This document shows positions 24,164-36,434 of a stretch of DNA of 64,000 nucleotides, in pieces. Within the stretch, counting starts at the first letter, position 1, and each line of letters starts with the position of its first letter. Below the pieces are notes generated by a model that was given only the letters and a program-made list of their open reading frames with translations, was not told the origin of the DNA and did not search any database. Source of the stretch: Squalus acanthias (lineage: Eukaryota); contig CM059425.1 in assembly GCA_030390025.1 (NCBI GenBank), forward strand, positions 169,076,001-169,140,000, written 5' to 3'. A program made the translations under genes and the position numbers.

Positions 24164-25677
24164 TAAGAGAAATAGTATTTTTGTGAACAGTCTGTTTCAA
24201 CCTGATATTCTTTACAGTATCTACAAGACAGGCTGATTGTCAGGCTCCTTGTTATGTTATGGATGGTGCTGTCATCGATGAATTAAAAGGGAGATATAGC
24301 CCGAGCAGAGGAGGCTTTGTGTCACCCAATGGAGTATAAGCTGGTTAATGCCAGTCAATGGGAATTAAAACCTTAGATTTTCAAGAGGAACAATTTAAAA
24401 AGGTTTTTACTGATCTTTTTACATAATTGAAATTTGCACTTTTTTAATGTCTTTTTCTCCATCTCTCTAAGACCCACTCCCAGGCGTTTGGCCATTGCAG
24501 TTTTTTTGGCTAGACACAAAAGGTGTACAAGAGGGCTGATTTGCTCTCCTGCCGATCGTAAGCCCTGACCTCTGCTTGACACCTCACCTTGACAGTACAG
24601 CTGAGACTGGAAACACACCATTCAGGGAATTGTGGATGCAAACTCATAATCCCCCATTTCATGTACCATCATTGACCAATTTATACGATCTTAAGGTGGA
24701 TGCACTTTGTCAGGCATATATTTATTATCTGTTAGAAATATATTTTATTATGTTAGAAATGTTATCTGTTTTTATTGCTATTTTATTGTATCTGTATGCC
24801 AAAGTAACTTACATAATGTATTCCTACTATATTAGATTGTCATTAAAAAATAGATTCTTAATACTTAAAATGTTTGAAAAGATATTTTTCCATAAATTGG
24901 GTTGAACACAGTCTTATCCAGTGCCGCTATGTTCAGTGTCCTGTCCTGCTCAGTTCTTTAGATTTTCTGCAATTGATGCAGAATCATTTACTTTTCAATG
25001 CTATTGACTTGTCTTCAATTTCTCATTTAATTGCAAGTAATATCTCCTGTAACATGGAAATCACTGTATGCCATTTTGAGCTGAGAACAGCCCTGTTGTA
25101 ACCAATTCTTTTCCTGCTAACCTCACCACAAACCACTGCTGTTTATATATGAAAATCTGACCATTTGTTTGTATCTATTTCTGTCCATCCATTGTTGTTT
25201 AATGTATAAGGAGTCCGTTGTATTTATTACATTTCTGCCAGTATGAAGTCTATGATAAACCGACCCTTTGCTTCTTTTACAATTGAAAGAAACAATTAAG
25301 AGGATGAGGTGAAAGGATAAAGACTGTGAACTGTGAACATTTAATTCTACTATTAAATCTGAGCTTCTTGCTAAACATATCAGACCTGAGCTACATGTTT
25401 GTTATCAGATCCTTACTCAAAATAGCCTAGTTGCTCAGTGTTGCCATTTTTCTTATTTCATCAGTAATATGATCCGGCTATATCAAGCCATGTATTTGTT
25501 TAAAAACTATTTCAGTTTAATTGTTATAACAAGAATCTTACTATCCATCAAAGCTATCCATCAGAACCCAAACAAATGCTTATTGAAAGTGACAAAACAA
25601 GGTCCAAAATCATTAAAATACTGTGGAATTAATAGTGTTTAATAGATTTGACTGTAATTGTGATGGTGAATAACTAT

Positions 25678-26066
25678 TCTCATCCTTGTTTTCAAATCTC
25701 TCCATGGCCTCGCCCCTCCCTATCTCTGTAATCTCCTTCAGCCCCACAACCCCCCGAAATATCTGCGCTCCTCAAATTCTACCCTCTTGAGCATCCCTGA
25801 TTATAATCACTCAACCATCGATGGCCGTGCCTTCAGCTGCCTAGGCCCTTGAATTCTCTCCCTAAACCTCTCCGCCTCTCTACCTCGCTTTCCTCCTTTA
25901 AGACGCTCCTTAAAACCTACCTCTTTGACCAAGCTTTTGGTCACCTGCCCTAATTTCTTCTTATGTGGCTCAGTGTCAAATTTTTTGTCTTAGAATACTC
26001 CTGTGAAGCGCCTTGGAATGTTTTACTACGTTAAAGGCGCTATATAAATACAAGTTGTTGTTGTTG
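25678..26066 (+). mobile_element. L2 LINE 3' end
   Basis: Closely matches the reverse complement of 16920-17320; ends aaggcgctatataaatacaagttgttgttgttg. Confidence 0.88.
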
Positions 26067-26964
26067 GTGGACTGTGCCTGCAATGCCACTATCCTCATTG
26101 TAATAGTCACTTGCTGTCAGTGGATATATTAAGTGTGAAAATTCACCCCTTTCTTTTTACAGATGCAGACTGACCTGCTGCATAAGTTCTAGCTGTTTAT
26201 GTTTATATTTCACAATCAAATGCATCCTTGTCCCTCAGTTTAACATGCTGGACTGCAATCTCTGGTGTACCACATATTCTCAGGAATAAATTGACAACGC
26301 CAAACATTGATGTATTCATTCAAGCGGTAGTAAAGTTTAAAAAGATTGCCCCTCCAGAGCAGAGAGAGGCCTTATCGATATATGTTAAACATTAATCATT
26401 TCAGTTTTCCAAACAAGCTATTCCCATCCTCTGGACACTATCAGCAGCTGTTGCTGATAGTCTCTGAAAGGGCAATTTCAAAAAGCTTTTAGCCAGAGAC
26501 TTTTTCTGTCAGATCCAAGAATCTTCACTCTCATTACTCTCTTTAACTGAACCGCAGTCTTTCCGTAAGCTGCCCTCCCTGTGGGAAATTATTACTTCAG
26601 ATACTGTGAGCAGACAGACCTGCTGTACAGTAAACAACAGCTGAACCCACTGGCACCGTTGACTTGAAGGCAGTTCCTTCCACAGCAAGGATAGCATGAA
26701 CTAATGTGAACCAATTATATTTACTTTTACAGTGGTTGGCAATTTCACTGATCCTTGTTGTGATCCCACTTGTCATAAGAGGCATGAATTGGGTTAAGAT
26801 CTCCAACTACTGTGCAGAGAAGTTGATTAATCTGTTTTTATGCCCTTATAGTACAGGCCTCCAGGTAATACACATATAGGATAATAGTGAAGAAGTAAAT
26901 CTTCTTGGCGTTATGGCATTAAGTCTGATTAGTCAAGAAACAAACATTGACATTCCATTCAATT

Positions 26965-27800
26965 AATATTTTTATTGATGTTCCAAAATCCAAGAAAGTC
27001 ATCATATAGATCAACACAGGGAGAAAGCAAAATAAAGGTGAAAAAGGTACAAAAAAATCATCTTATGTACAAACTGAAACATAAACAATCAAATACAATC
27101 ACGGTGCAAACATCTTTCTATCCTATCTTCACAAGAAACACTGCGTTGTCACACTTTTTTTGGAACCTATTAATTTAATCACTGCTTGTATCCTCACCTC
27201 CCATCAATACATCTACTTTAAATCATCTCTCACACTGTCAACCATGTGCAGTTTTGTGGGCAGACTTTGCCCTTTGTCCAAAAGACTTCTCTGTAGCCTT
27301 TCAACCTCCAATTACTTATTTATCTGTTGGTTGATATTTGGTGACTCTCTCCTCTCCCCATACTGTAGCACATTGTGCTTGGCCAATATTAGCACCAAGG
27401 ACAGAAACTGGTACTCCCCTTCTTGGATTTCATTTCTAATATCAACGTCTTCATATAGGAGCATAAAAGATGCTTCCTAAAAGAGTGAATAGTCCTTCCT
27501 GAAACTTAGATTGCTGGGCAGCCTCAGGGAGTATGGAAACACTACTACTCTTCTCAATACATCTTCAAAGGAATGCTAAGAATAAGCCTTTACATGACTT
27601 TATCCTCCAAATATTCATCTGAAGGCTATACATGTGTCGATAATTTTCAAAAATACGTCAATACATTAAAAAAAAATCTCTCTTTGATGGCGGCTGCTCT
27701 CCCTATTTGGTCTGCCAACCTTCATTAATATGTTTGCAAGACTAGGAGCTGAAAGGAGCTTTGTTATTTTGTCTTGATTCCTCGCAGCTCCCCCTCTGAA
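26965..27800 (-). mobile_element. Ancient L1/Tx1-like LINE 3' remnant
   Basis: Minus-frame peptide LSLVLILAKHNVLQYGERRESPNINQQINK*LEVERLQR resembles fish L1 ORF2 C-termini. A T-rich UTR follows, ending in aataaaaatatt. Confidence 0.45.
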
Positions 27801-28064
27801 AATAATGAGCAATGCTGGGAACATTGGCTAGAAATTCGGTATCGCCCCAGTTGGGGCGCTAAATTTAAAAAAGTTGTAGAATTAGCGCCAGGCACTTATC
27901 CTTTTGACCTGTCACTAAATTGATTGTTAGCGCTCCAAGAAAGGAATGGAGCGTTAAATCAAGTGCTAATCACCTAACTTAGGGCGGAACACACAGAGAC
28001 CAGGGCGCTACACGCAGAGCGATAACCAATTTCAGGTGCACTCCAATCAGGACTCATTATTCAC

Positions 28065-28803
28065 ATAGAAACATAGAAAAATAGCAGCAGGAGTAGGCCA
28101 TTTGGCCCTTCAAGCCTGCTCCGCCATTCAATATGGTCCTGGCTGATCCTCTATCTCAATACCATATTCCTGCTCTCTCCCCATACCCCTTGATGCCTTT
28201 TGTGTCTAGAAATCTATCTATCTCCTTCTTAAATATATTCAGTGACTTGGCCTCCACAGCCTTCTGTGGTACAGAATTCCACAGGTTCACCACCCTCTGA
28301 GTGAAGAAATTTCTCCTCATCTCAGTCCTAAATGTCCTACCCTGTATCCTGAGACTGTGACCCCTCGTTCTAGGCCCCCCAGCCAGGGGTAACATCCCCC
28401 CTGCATCCAGTCTGTCTAGCCCAGTCAGAATTTTATACGTTTCAATGAGATCCCCTCTCATTCTTCTAAATCCTAGTGAATACAGGCCTAGTCGACCCAA
28501 TCTCTCCTCATACGACAGTCCTACCATCCCAGAAATCAGTCTGGTGAACCTTCGCTGCACTCCCTCTATGGCAAGTATATCCTTTCTTAGGTAAGGAGAC
28601 CAAAACTGCACACAGTACTCCAGATGTGGTCTCACCAAGGCCCTGTATAACTGCAGTAAGACATCCTTGCTCCTGTACTCAAATCCTCTTGCAATGAAGG
28701 CCAACATACCATTTGCCTTCCTAACTGCTTGCTGCACCTGCATGTTTGCTTTCAGTGACTGGTGTACAAGGACACCAAGGTCCCTTTGTACATCAACATT
28801 TCC
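28065..28803 (-). mobile_element. HER1-like CR1 3' fragment nested in the Harbinger left arm
   Basis: ORF 28156-28839 (RPHLEYCVQFWSP, RRNFFTQRVV); tail atagaaacatagaaa. Confidence 0.93.
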
Positions 28804-28921
28804 CACTGGCTCCTTCCAGTTCTTAAAGGGGAGGTTCAATCGCTCTACACAACCTCATTCTCAACATTGCTGGCTCTGAAGGCGACCTCCAAGCAACTCA
28901 ACAGCTACACTTCTTATCCTC

Positions 28922-30773
28922 ATGGCTGATCCCAGTCCCAAAGAGAGAGCTCGCCATTTCAGCGACCAGGCATTGGTCACGGCAGTTGAAAGAAGGAGGG
29001 CAGTTCTGTTCCTGGCCACTGGCAGGAGGCCATTGCCCCAGGTCTTCAGGAGTGAAGTGGCCCAGGTCGTCTCGGCCAGCAGTGTGGGCCTCAGGACCCT
29101 CACACAGTGCCGTAAAAAATTCAACGACCTCACTCGGGTGGTCAGGGGGAGTACATGCTTCAACAAGTCTGACATACCAGCATCTGAACCTCAGTCTGTA
29201 CACACTGCACAAACCACCACGCATCTCTACCTACTCAAACTCACATCCACATCTCATGCCTTGCCTACAATCACAGCTATTCAACTATGGCAGGCACATC
29301 TCCCAAACACATAGTTGCACACTCACTCACATACTTTCCTTTCTCTTGCACGCCAAGCTGGCCCTCAATAGGAGGGAGCAGGAATGAACAGGCGGGGGTG
29401 AAGTGGAAATCCAACAGCTTACAGACCTGGAGGAGCGAGTACTGAGAGTCATTGGGCACCAGGTGGTGGGCTCCGTGGCCGTCGGCAACGTCGACCCCCT
29501 TGGGGACAACAACAGTATGTTCATCCCCTCTCCTTCTCTCATCCCACTTCCCCCTCACATCACAAGCCTTTCCCACTTTCCAGCTCATTATACTGTCTGC
29601 ATTCCTTGCTCCCTTCCTGCCCCCCTGCCCTCACCTTAATGCGAGTCTTGTGCCTTTATGCTTTCAGGTAATCAGCAACCAGCTGACCAGCCTGTCCCTG
29701 AGTCTCCCAGTGAGAGTGAGGCGGGAGAAGAGGAGGAGGAGCAAAGCACCACGTCACTGCTTCTCTCACCCACAGGCACCACCTCAGATACTGGGACTAC
29801 GCGATCTTTAGAGGCAAGTTTAGTAGAGGGGTCTGCACTGGGTGATGCACCGGGGACGAGTGGGCTGCAGCAAGGCCAGGGGGAAAGGGTAGCTCGGGAG
29901 CCAGCTCCCCGGAGGGCAAGTTCTGCTGCATAGGACTCAGATGAGGACCTCGATGGGGAGGCGTTCACAAGAAGGGTGATGGGCATACACACCGAGATGA
30001 TAGGTGCAATGGCAAGGGTGCCCAAGAGTCTCTCGGAAATGGTAAGGAGCATGGAGGAGTCCGCCTCCAACATTGCACAGAGCTCTGTGCACACCATGGA
30101 GCCTATCCTTGGCAGTCTGCAAAGGATGGTGGACTCCCAGAGAGATCGTGAGGACCCAGACCTCGTGCCGCATGTCATGGGTGATGTGGCGGCATCCATT
30201 ACAACACAGGTGGAAGCCACGCAACGTCTCAGTGCTGTAATGCAGTCAATGGTTGCTGCCATTGAGTCTCAGACTGCTCTCATGTAGTCTCAGTTTGATG
30301 CAACGCAAGCTCTGACTGCTGCCATCATCGCTGGGCCCACCACAGTCCACCGGGGAGCTCACGGTGTCGCAGCAGGCCAGCAATCTGTGCTCCAGCAGAT
30401 TGGTAGGGATGCTGAGGTGCTGCCCTGGGGGAGTTGGAGTGGGTCAGTCAAGCAGGAACCTGCAGTCCTCTCTCAGGATGACAGCATTCCTGCTCCCACC
30501 ACTGCCACTCCGCCATTGCCCTTGTCGCTGCTTGTCATCCAGCCAGCCCAGACTGCTGCCGCCCAGCCTGAAGTGGTGCAGCGTACAGCCGGGCCTTCCA
30601 GACCCAGAGCTGGTCGAGGGCGTCCTGCAAGGCCATCTGAAGTCTCTGGCACCGACACTCAGCAGCCTTCCACCAGCCCTGCTGCAGCCACTGGGGACAG
30701 ACTACGTAGGAGCAGTAGATTAGGAAAAGGGATTGTAAAGAGGGGAGGCAAGTGTTTGCACAAGGGTGATTAG
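28922..30773 (+). pseudogene. Harbinger Myb/SANT-like (trihelix) DNA-binding partner, three exons (~28922-29145, ~29352-29513, ~29669-30773)
   Basis: ERARHFSDQALVTAVERRRAVLF...RTLTQCRKKFNDL. First-intron splice sites are mutated. Premature TAGs near 29931 and 30285. Confidence 0.85.
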
Positions 30774-30940
30774 TCAATATTGTTGTTATATCTATGTGTT
30801 CACTGAATGTTGATAAATTTATTAATGGAATTTTGCAGATTTTGTGCTGTCTCTCATTTCACCTTTGCGCTGTGATATGGCAAGATGAAATGGATGGAAT
30901 GATGGGGATGTGGTGAGCAACCGGGGATGTGGGGTAGAAT

Positions 30941-32110
30941 TTATTGGAACCGCAGTCTGATGAGGCGGTCATGGACTGCCCTTCCAGAAGGCCGATTGAG
31001 TGGCTGCCTCCTCCCTCGCTGCTGTTCCTCCTCCTCCTCCTCCTCCTTGTCCTCCTCCTCTCCCTCTTCCTCCTCCTGAGGTGGTCCCGCTATGCCTTGT
31101 GACAATGGCTGGGCCCTCATGATGGCCAAGTTGTGGAGCTTGCAGCAGACCACAACGAAATGGGACACCCGCTCCGGCGAGTACTGGAGGGCTCCTCCCG
31201 AGCGGTCAAGGCAACAGAACCGTTGCTTGAGAATTCCAATGGCTTGCTTGGTGATGTTCCTGGTGGCGAGATGGCTGTCATTATAAGAGTGGTGGTCAGG
31301 CGTGATGGGGTTGCGGAGGGGAGTCATGAGCCAGGTGGAGATCAGATAGCCTTGTCTCCGACCAGCCAGCCGCGAGCTTGATGTGATGGCTGAAAGAGTG
31401 CTGGCACACCGGTCTGGCACAGGATGAAGGCATCGTGGCAGGATAGCAGGCACTGACGGTGAGGATTCGCTATCTGTGGTCGCACACCAACTGGACATTA
31501 AGTGAGTGGTAGACTTTGCAGTTATGGAAGAACTCAGGATTGTTGCGGGGTGCCCACAAAGCCACGTGGGTGCAGTCAATGGCGCCCTGCACCATGGGGA
31601 ATCCTGCTATCCTGGCAAAGGCACATGCACGCTCGTCCTGTTTCTCTCTGGTGATGGGGAAGGAAATGTAGTCCCTTCTCCTTCTGTAGAGAGCCTCTGT
31701 GACCCCCCCACCCCCCCCCCCCCCCCCCGAATGCAGCGATGGACGGCAAACTGCGAGATGCTAGATATGTCTCCTGCTGCAGACTGGAAGGATCAGCTGA
31801 CGTAGAAATTGAGGGCGACAGTGACCTTGACTGCCACTGAGAGCCGTGGTGGTCCTGATCTGAGGCACGAGGTGTGGCTGCAGCAGGTGGCAGAGCTCTG
31901 TGACCATCTCCTTGGTGAAGCAGAGCCTTCTAAGACACTGCTCCTCAGTTAAATTTATGTAGGAGAAGTGCTCCCGGAATACCCTGGGAGGGAAGGCCTC
32001 CTGTTGAGAGCCCTGTTGGCCCTGCTCCTTCTGGCCACATTTTCCAATGTTTCTCTCTGCCTCCACTGTTGGTGCTGGAGGGCGAGGTCGAGTGCCAGTA
32101 CAGCCCCCAT
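30941..32110 (-). pseudogene. Harbinger DDE transposase, frameshifted
   Basis: ATG at 32110; [52 protein letters not shown], acidic tail. Confidence 0.9.
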
Positions 32111-33218
32111 TAACGTAACCAAATGTAGGACTTCAAAATCTTAGCAGGAAGAAAGTGACAAATTTTTATCAGGCAGAACACTCCTGAAAGTAAGAAACAT
32201 TTAACTCACTGAAAACGGCTGTTTCGCTCGGTGAAACTGAGCAGGCCGCATTGATTGGCGACTAAAAGGAAACCGGATGTTGATCCCTTTAAACACCGCT
32301 CCGACAGCGGCCATCCGACTGCATCCCGCCTCCTCTTCCTGCCGGTGTTCAGGCCAGGCGCTAAGGCAGGGGGCGACAGTGAATTTTGCATCTGGGCCAT
32401 TAACGGGGCGTTCCAAACACATTGACGTCATGATCTGGCAGCCGCTAAAGGCCTAGGCGGTAAATGTTAGCGCCAGCACTAAATCCCGGGTGAATTTCAC
32501 GTGCGGCGTTGGATTCGCCGTGCCCTGCCGCAAACCCATTAGCGCCCCGTTAGTGCCCCCCCCAGGCGCTAACGGGAGGCACTAATATGCCGAATTTCTC
32601 CCCCTATGTTTCTGTGCTTAGCTTTAGAAACAGGTTGAATGTCCCAGCCACAAGGTCAAGTGATTCATAGTGTCTTTGGTAGACATTTTTATTTTACTTA
32701 TTGTTTTTAATCAAATATATAATTGGATAATGGCCTCCCATTGAGAGGGCCTGTCCTGGGTTTGAAACTCAACACTGATTATCAGTTAACCTTCATGGTG
32801 CTTTTACATTTCAAAACAAGTGAGAATAGTCCTGATGTTTCACACATTCTCATACTCTCTATGGGTAGGTTTTGCCAGTTTTTATCCAGGCTGTGAGATG
32901 GAGTGTTGCAAAGTGCTGGAGTATTACATCTTTTTGCAGTGGAGGGGAGGGAGAAGAGTTGGAGAAACTCCCACAGTGTGGCAGTGTGATAAATTATTCA
33001 GTGCAAGTTGTTTGTCTATTGTTTATCCCCCACTACAAATGCATAGAAAGAATGACAATAATTTTCACAACACAGATAAAACTGCTAATCCTTGAAATAA
33101 TAAGTGAGATTTTTTGCTGCAACACTGTGTGAGATTCTGAGTGTTCATTTAGCATTTTATACAATATATCCAATTGATGCAGACTCACAAACACTAATAG
33201 CAAAGCAATCAGTTCTAT

Positions 33219-33458
33219 ATAGGAACATAGGAACAGGAGCAGGCCTTGAGCCCTTGAGCCTGTTCCGCCATTCAGTTAGATCGTGGCTGATCTGTATCTT
33301 AACTCCATCTACTCGCCTCACACCATAACCCTTAATACCCTTGCCTAACAAAAATCTATCAATTTCAGTTTTGAAAATTTCAATTGACTTGGCCTCAACA
33401 GCTTTTTGGGGGAAGAATTCCAGATTTCCACTACCCTTTGTGTGAAGAAGTGCTTTCT
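33219..33458 (-). mobile_element. CR1 3' end
   Basis: PQKAVEAKSIEIFKTEIDRFL; tail (ataggaac)n. Confidence 0.88.
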
Positions 33459-33506
33459 TCGTTTGCATTTATTTGTGGAAGACTGCAGTTGAGCAGGAAT
33501 TCCTCT

Positions 33507-33606
33507 TCACATCCGCGTCTCCTCTGGAGGATTGGTCATGAAGTCATGGATGGCTTGGTGTAAGGGCAACCATTTACGTATCGATGCTTTTAATGCCACA
33601 ATCCAG
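33507..33606 (-). CDS. PDZPH1: PDZ and pleckstrin homology domains 1, terminal coding exon (WIVALKASIRKWLPLHQAIHDFMTNPPEETRM*)
   Basis: Acceptor AG at 33608-33607; phase completes the Arg codon from the previous exon; PH C-terminal helix Trp; TGA at 33509-33507. Confidence 0.82.
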
Positions 33607-33916
33607 CTGGAGGGACAAACTCAAATATTAGTTTTCTTACAGTTTTGTTTCTGCAGTATACATTAAGTCTAAGCAGCAGACTGTTAAATGATGTGGCTTC
33701 TTTAGAAAAATCGGATTTACTGTCAGGGTCAGATGTATATTACTGGAAATACCTGACCACTACTGGCAGCATCATTCATTTGTGAAATATCAAAGTTCAA
33801 ACTACTAGTCAAATGACCTCATGAAGTGTCATCGTAAAGCAGTGGTGCTTTTCATAAATCTTTTAATGGTCTGAAAAACACCTGTCAGAGGATACAAAGC
33901 CACTGTTAAACGACAT

Positions 33917-35673
33917 GGGCCGCGATTTTCCCTCCCTCGTGGTGGGCAACGTCGGTGGCGGGTCCCGGCCCCACTCCTGTCTCCATCCCAGCCTCCGACA
34001 TGACTTTCCCCTGATTGGGCCTGTTAAGCCTGCCCTGCGGGGTTCCCGGCCAATTGAAGGAAGCGGGTCTGATGATGTCATTTGATGGCGTGTCATCAGC
34101 CGGTTTCCTTAAAGGGACCATGCGCAAATTGATTTTGACAGTTGTGCTGTCAGTGTTCTACAGCATTGAGGTGCTGCAAACACTGACAAGCACTACACAG
34201 AGGTGCACAGCTGCATCCAGGCTCTCCCATGACTCCCTCCATATGCTTATGGAGAGGGTTACAGCATGTAGGGAGGTTCTCTTCCCTTCCAATGGGCAGA
34301 AGAGACCTCTCCAGGAGACCAATTCAGCCTGGTTGCACATTGCAGAGGAGGACACAAGCAGGGATGTCGTCAGGAGGACCTGCCTGCAGTGGCGCAAACC
34401 TTTCAATGATCTCAGTAGATCATGAAACATTACTGCAAAGCTGCACTCAACCTCATTCTCCTGTGCCACTCATCACATCCCCATCACTCTGCCTTCCCTA
34501 CACTACTCCTGCACATCCTTACTCACACCAACTTACCTTGCACCTCCACCCATCCCTCTCTATCTACATTATCACTTCCCCATCTCACTAGCCACCCCTC
34601 ACACTCACCCTCATCCTAGTCCAATCATACCAACTAACAACACACAAGGGTAGGCACTTGTGTGTTTTGGCCAATGTTCATGTGAAGTTTCTGTTAATGT
34701 GCTGTTAAACATTAAAATCTTTATTTTCAACACTTTGCGTTCTTGGACAGATTTGTGTGCACCTTTGGAAGTGGCTTAGTGAGTTGTAGTGAATGGTGAG
34801 ACATAACAGTACCCCCGCAATGGTGATGAGCGTGAAAGGAATGGCTTGGGCATTGTAGGGATACTTTATGTTGTTGGTGTGGGGTGGTGCCAACCTGGTG
34901 CATCATGTGGCAGCCAAGGTGTGCCGCATCAAGTGAAGTAAATGTGGCATGGTGAGGCCATCCCTGGCGTCCCGGGCAGCAATGTGATCGGGTGCTGATG
35001 TCCTCTGTCCTGTGCAGCATCAGGTGATTGCGGAGAAGGTTGGTGTGGTTGTTGGTGCTGCTGGTGTGCCTGGTGATGCTGGTGTTGGGGCTGATTGTCG
35101 TCAGATTCTGAGGACCAAGGTGAGAGAGTATAAAGTGTGCCCATGCTGATGGAATAGATGGCAGGTGAAGTAGAGATGACAGAAGTGATCTGTCAATGGT
35201 GAGAGAGGTAATGAGATCAGACTGAATGGAGACTTGTGTAAAGACTTGCAGCATCCTGACTCTGTAGTGAAAATGCAGTTTAGAGAAGCTAATGGTTAAG
35301 GGAAAATTTCTCAATCAGCTGGGAGCTTTGACTTGACATTTGAAGCTGTCAACTCATCAGCTGATTCAATGGCCACTGACCTCCCACCTCAGCTTCACAG
35401 ACAAGGTCTAGGCACTGCGGGAAACCGATGAGCGACCTGACAAATTCAAAAAGCTGGGTATAAAAGCATTGTTAAGTGGCTGTAAACACTAATGATTTGA
35501 ATTTGGTCCCCCGCCGCTGCCTGTCAGGTCTGCACAGCGCTGGCAGACTCGACATCGGGAAATGCAGGTGTGCGCATTTTGACAGTGGGTTCCTGACCCG
35601 CTGTCAATCATTTAAAATTTCACAGCTGACCCGCCACCCATCCTGTCCGCTGAGTGCCGGCATAATCGCGGCC
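33917..35673. mobile_element. Non-autonomous Harbinger family-1 derivative (~1.76 kb) in the last PDZPH1 intron
   Basis: TIRs ggccgcgatt / aatcgcggcc. Retains Myb exon 1 (ASRLSHDSL...RRTCLQWRKPFNDL) on + and the transposase start (MGTLYTLSPWSSES) on -, which matches 1700-1825. Confidence 0.88.
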
Positions 35674-35734
35674 ATAGTCTAACTTAACTAAGTTGCACTA
35701 CAGCAGGTTTGTACATGAGGTGCACTCTACTTAC

Positions 35735-35870
35735 CGCTTGTTGTCAGCTGTATTGTCTGCACACAGGTAAAAGGTTTTAAATTCTTCAGAAGGTGGCTTA
35801 GCTTCGATCACAGTGCGCTTTGACCCAAGGCTCTGCTCACTCACTGTGTAACCCTGCAAGTAAATCCCTC
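35735..35870 (-). CDS. PDZPH1: PDZPH1 internal exon (GIYLQGYTVSEQSLGSKRTVIEAKPPSEEFKTFYLCADNTADNK)
   Basis: AG at 35872-35871, GTAAGT donor at 35734. 136 nt, phases fit both neighbours. PH-domain strands. Confidence 0.88.
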
Positions 35871-36067
35871 CTGTTGGTAAAGAGCAGAAAATAAATTAAT
35901 ACAATCGGGTCAATCTCATTATAGTGTTGGAACATTATAAACTATTACTTAACCGCCCCAAAGAATATTGTAATGCCGAGGACACAGAGTACCTCTCGAA
36001 ACCTGAGCAAGATGTGGATTCTGTTACCTGTACTTACCCAGTGTGGTGTCAATTCTACGAGATGCAA

Positions 36068-36381
36068 GGGTAGATTTTCCTCTTTGTTGTGCTAAGGCAA
36101 TGCTCAGTTCCCTGGTGCAGCATAAAGGAAATGGGGGGTGGGGGGTGGTGGACACTCTTAGTTAGCGTAGACCCAACTTGGGATACTAATGAGGTCTTCC
36201 AGCCTTAATTTCCTCAGGGCATCCATGGGATGGCCAGATGGAGAAACTGCCCCAAATAGCTGACAGTGGGTTTGTGCTGGATCCTCCCTGGACCAGAAGC
36301 ACCCACAGCTACAGGCCAGGACCTCTGGTTCACTACCACTCTCTGTCACGCAATGGGAGTCATTGAGAGGAAAACTGGCCC
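36068..36381. mobile_element. Probable MITE
   Basis: Imperfect inverted ends gggtagattttcctct / agaggaaaactggccc; no clear TSD. Confidence 0.5.
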
Positions 36382-36434
36382 TGCGAGTTCTCAGTCTTCA
36401 AATCTGGTTGTAGTTTGTAAGGCTTGTTAAGATC

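Larger units (their letters stand above)
27825..32604. mobile_element. Full-structure PIF/Harbinger transposon, family 2 (decayed)
   Basis: TIRs tggctagaaattcgg / ccgaatttctccccc, flanks cat/tat. Convergent Myb/SANT gene (+) and transposase (-). Subterminal TAGCGCC-like repeats. Confidence 0.9.

Noticed and set aside
26300..26950. Unique-looking sequence with short minus-strand ORFs
   Set aside because: No recognisable homology or exon structure; cannot be called without a search.
28922..30773. Domesticated MSANTD/NAIF1-like host gene
   Set aside because: Premature stops, mutated splice sites, and location between transposon TIRs.
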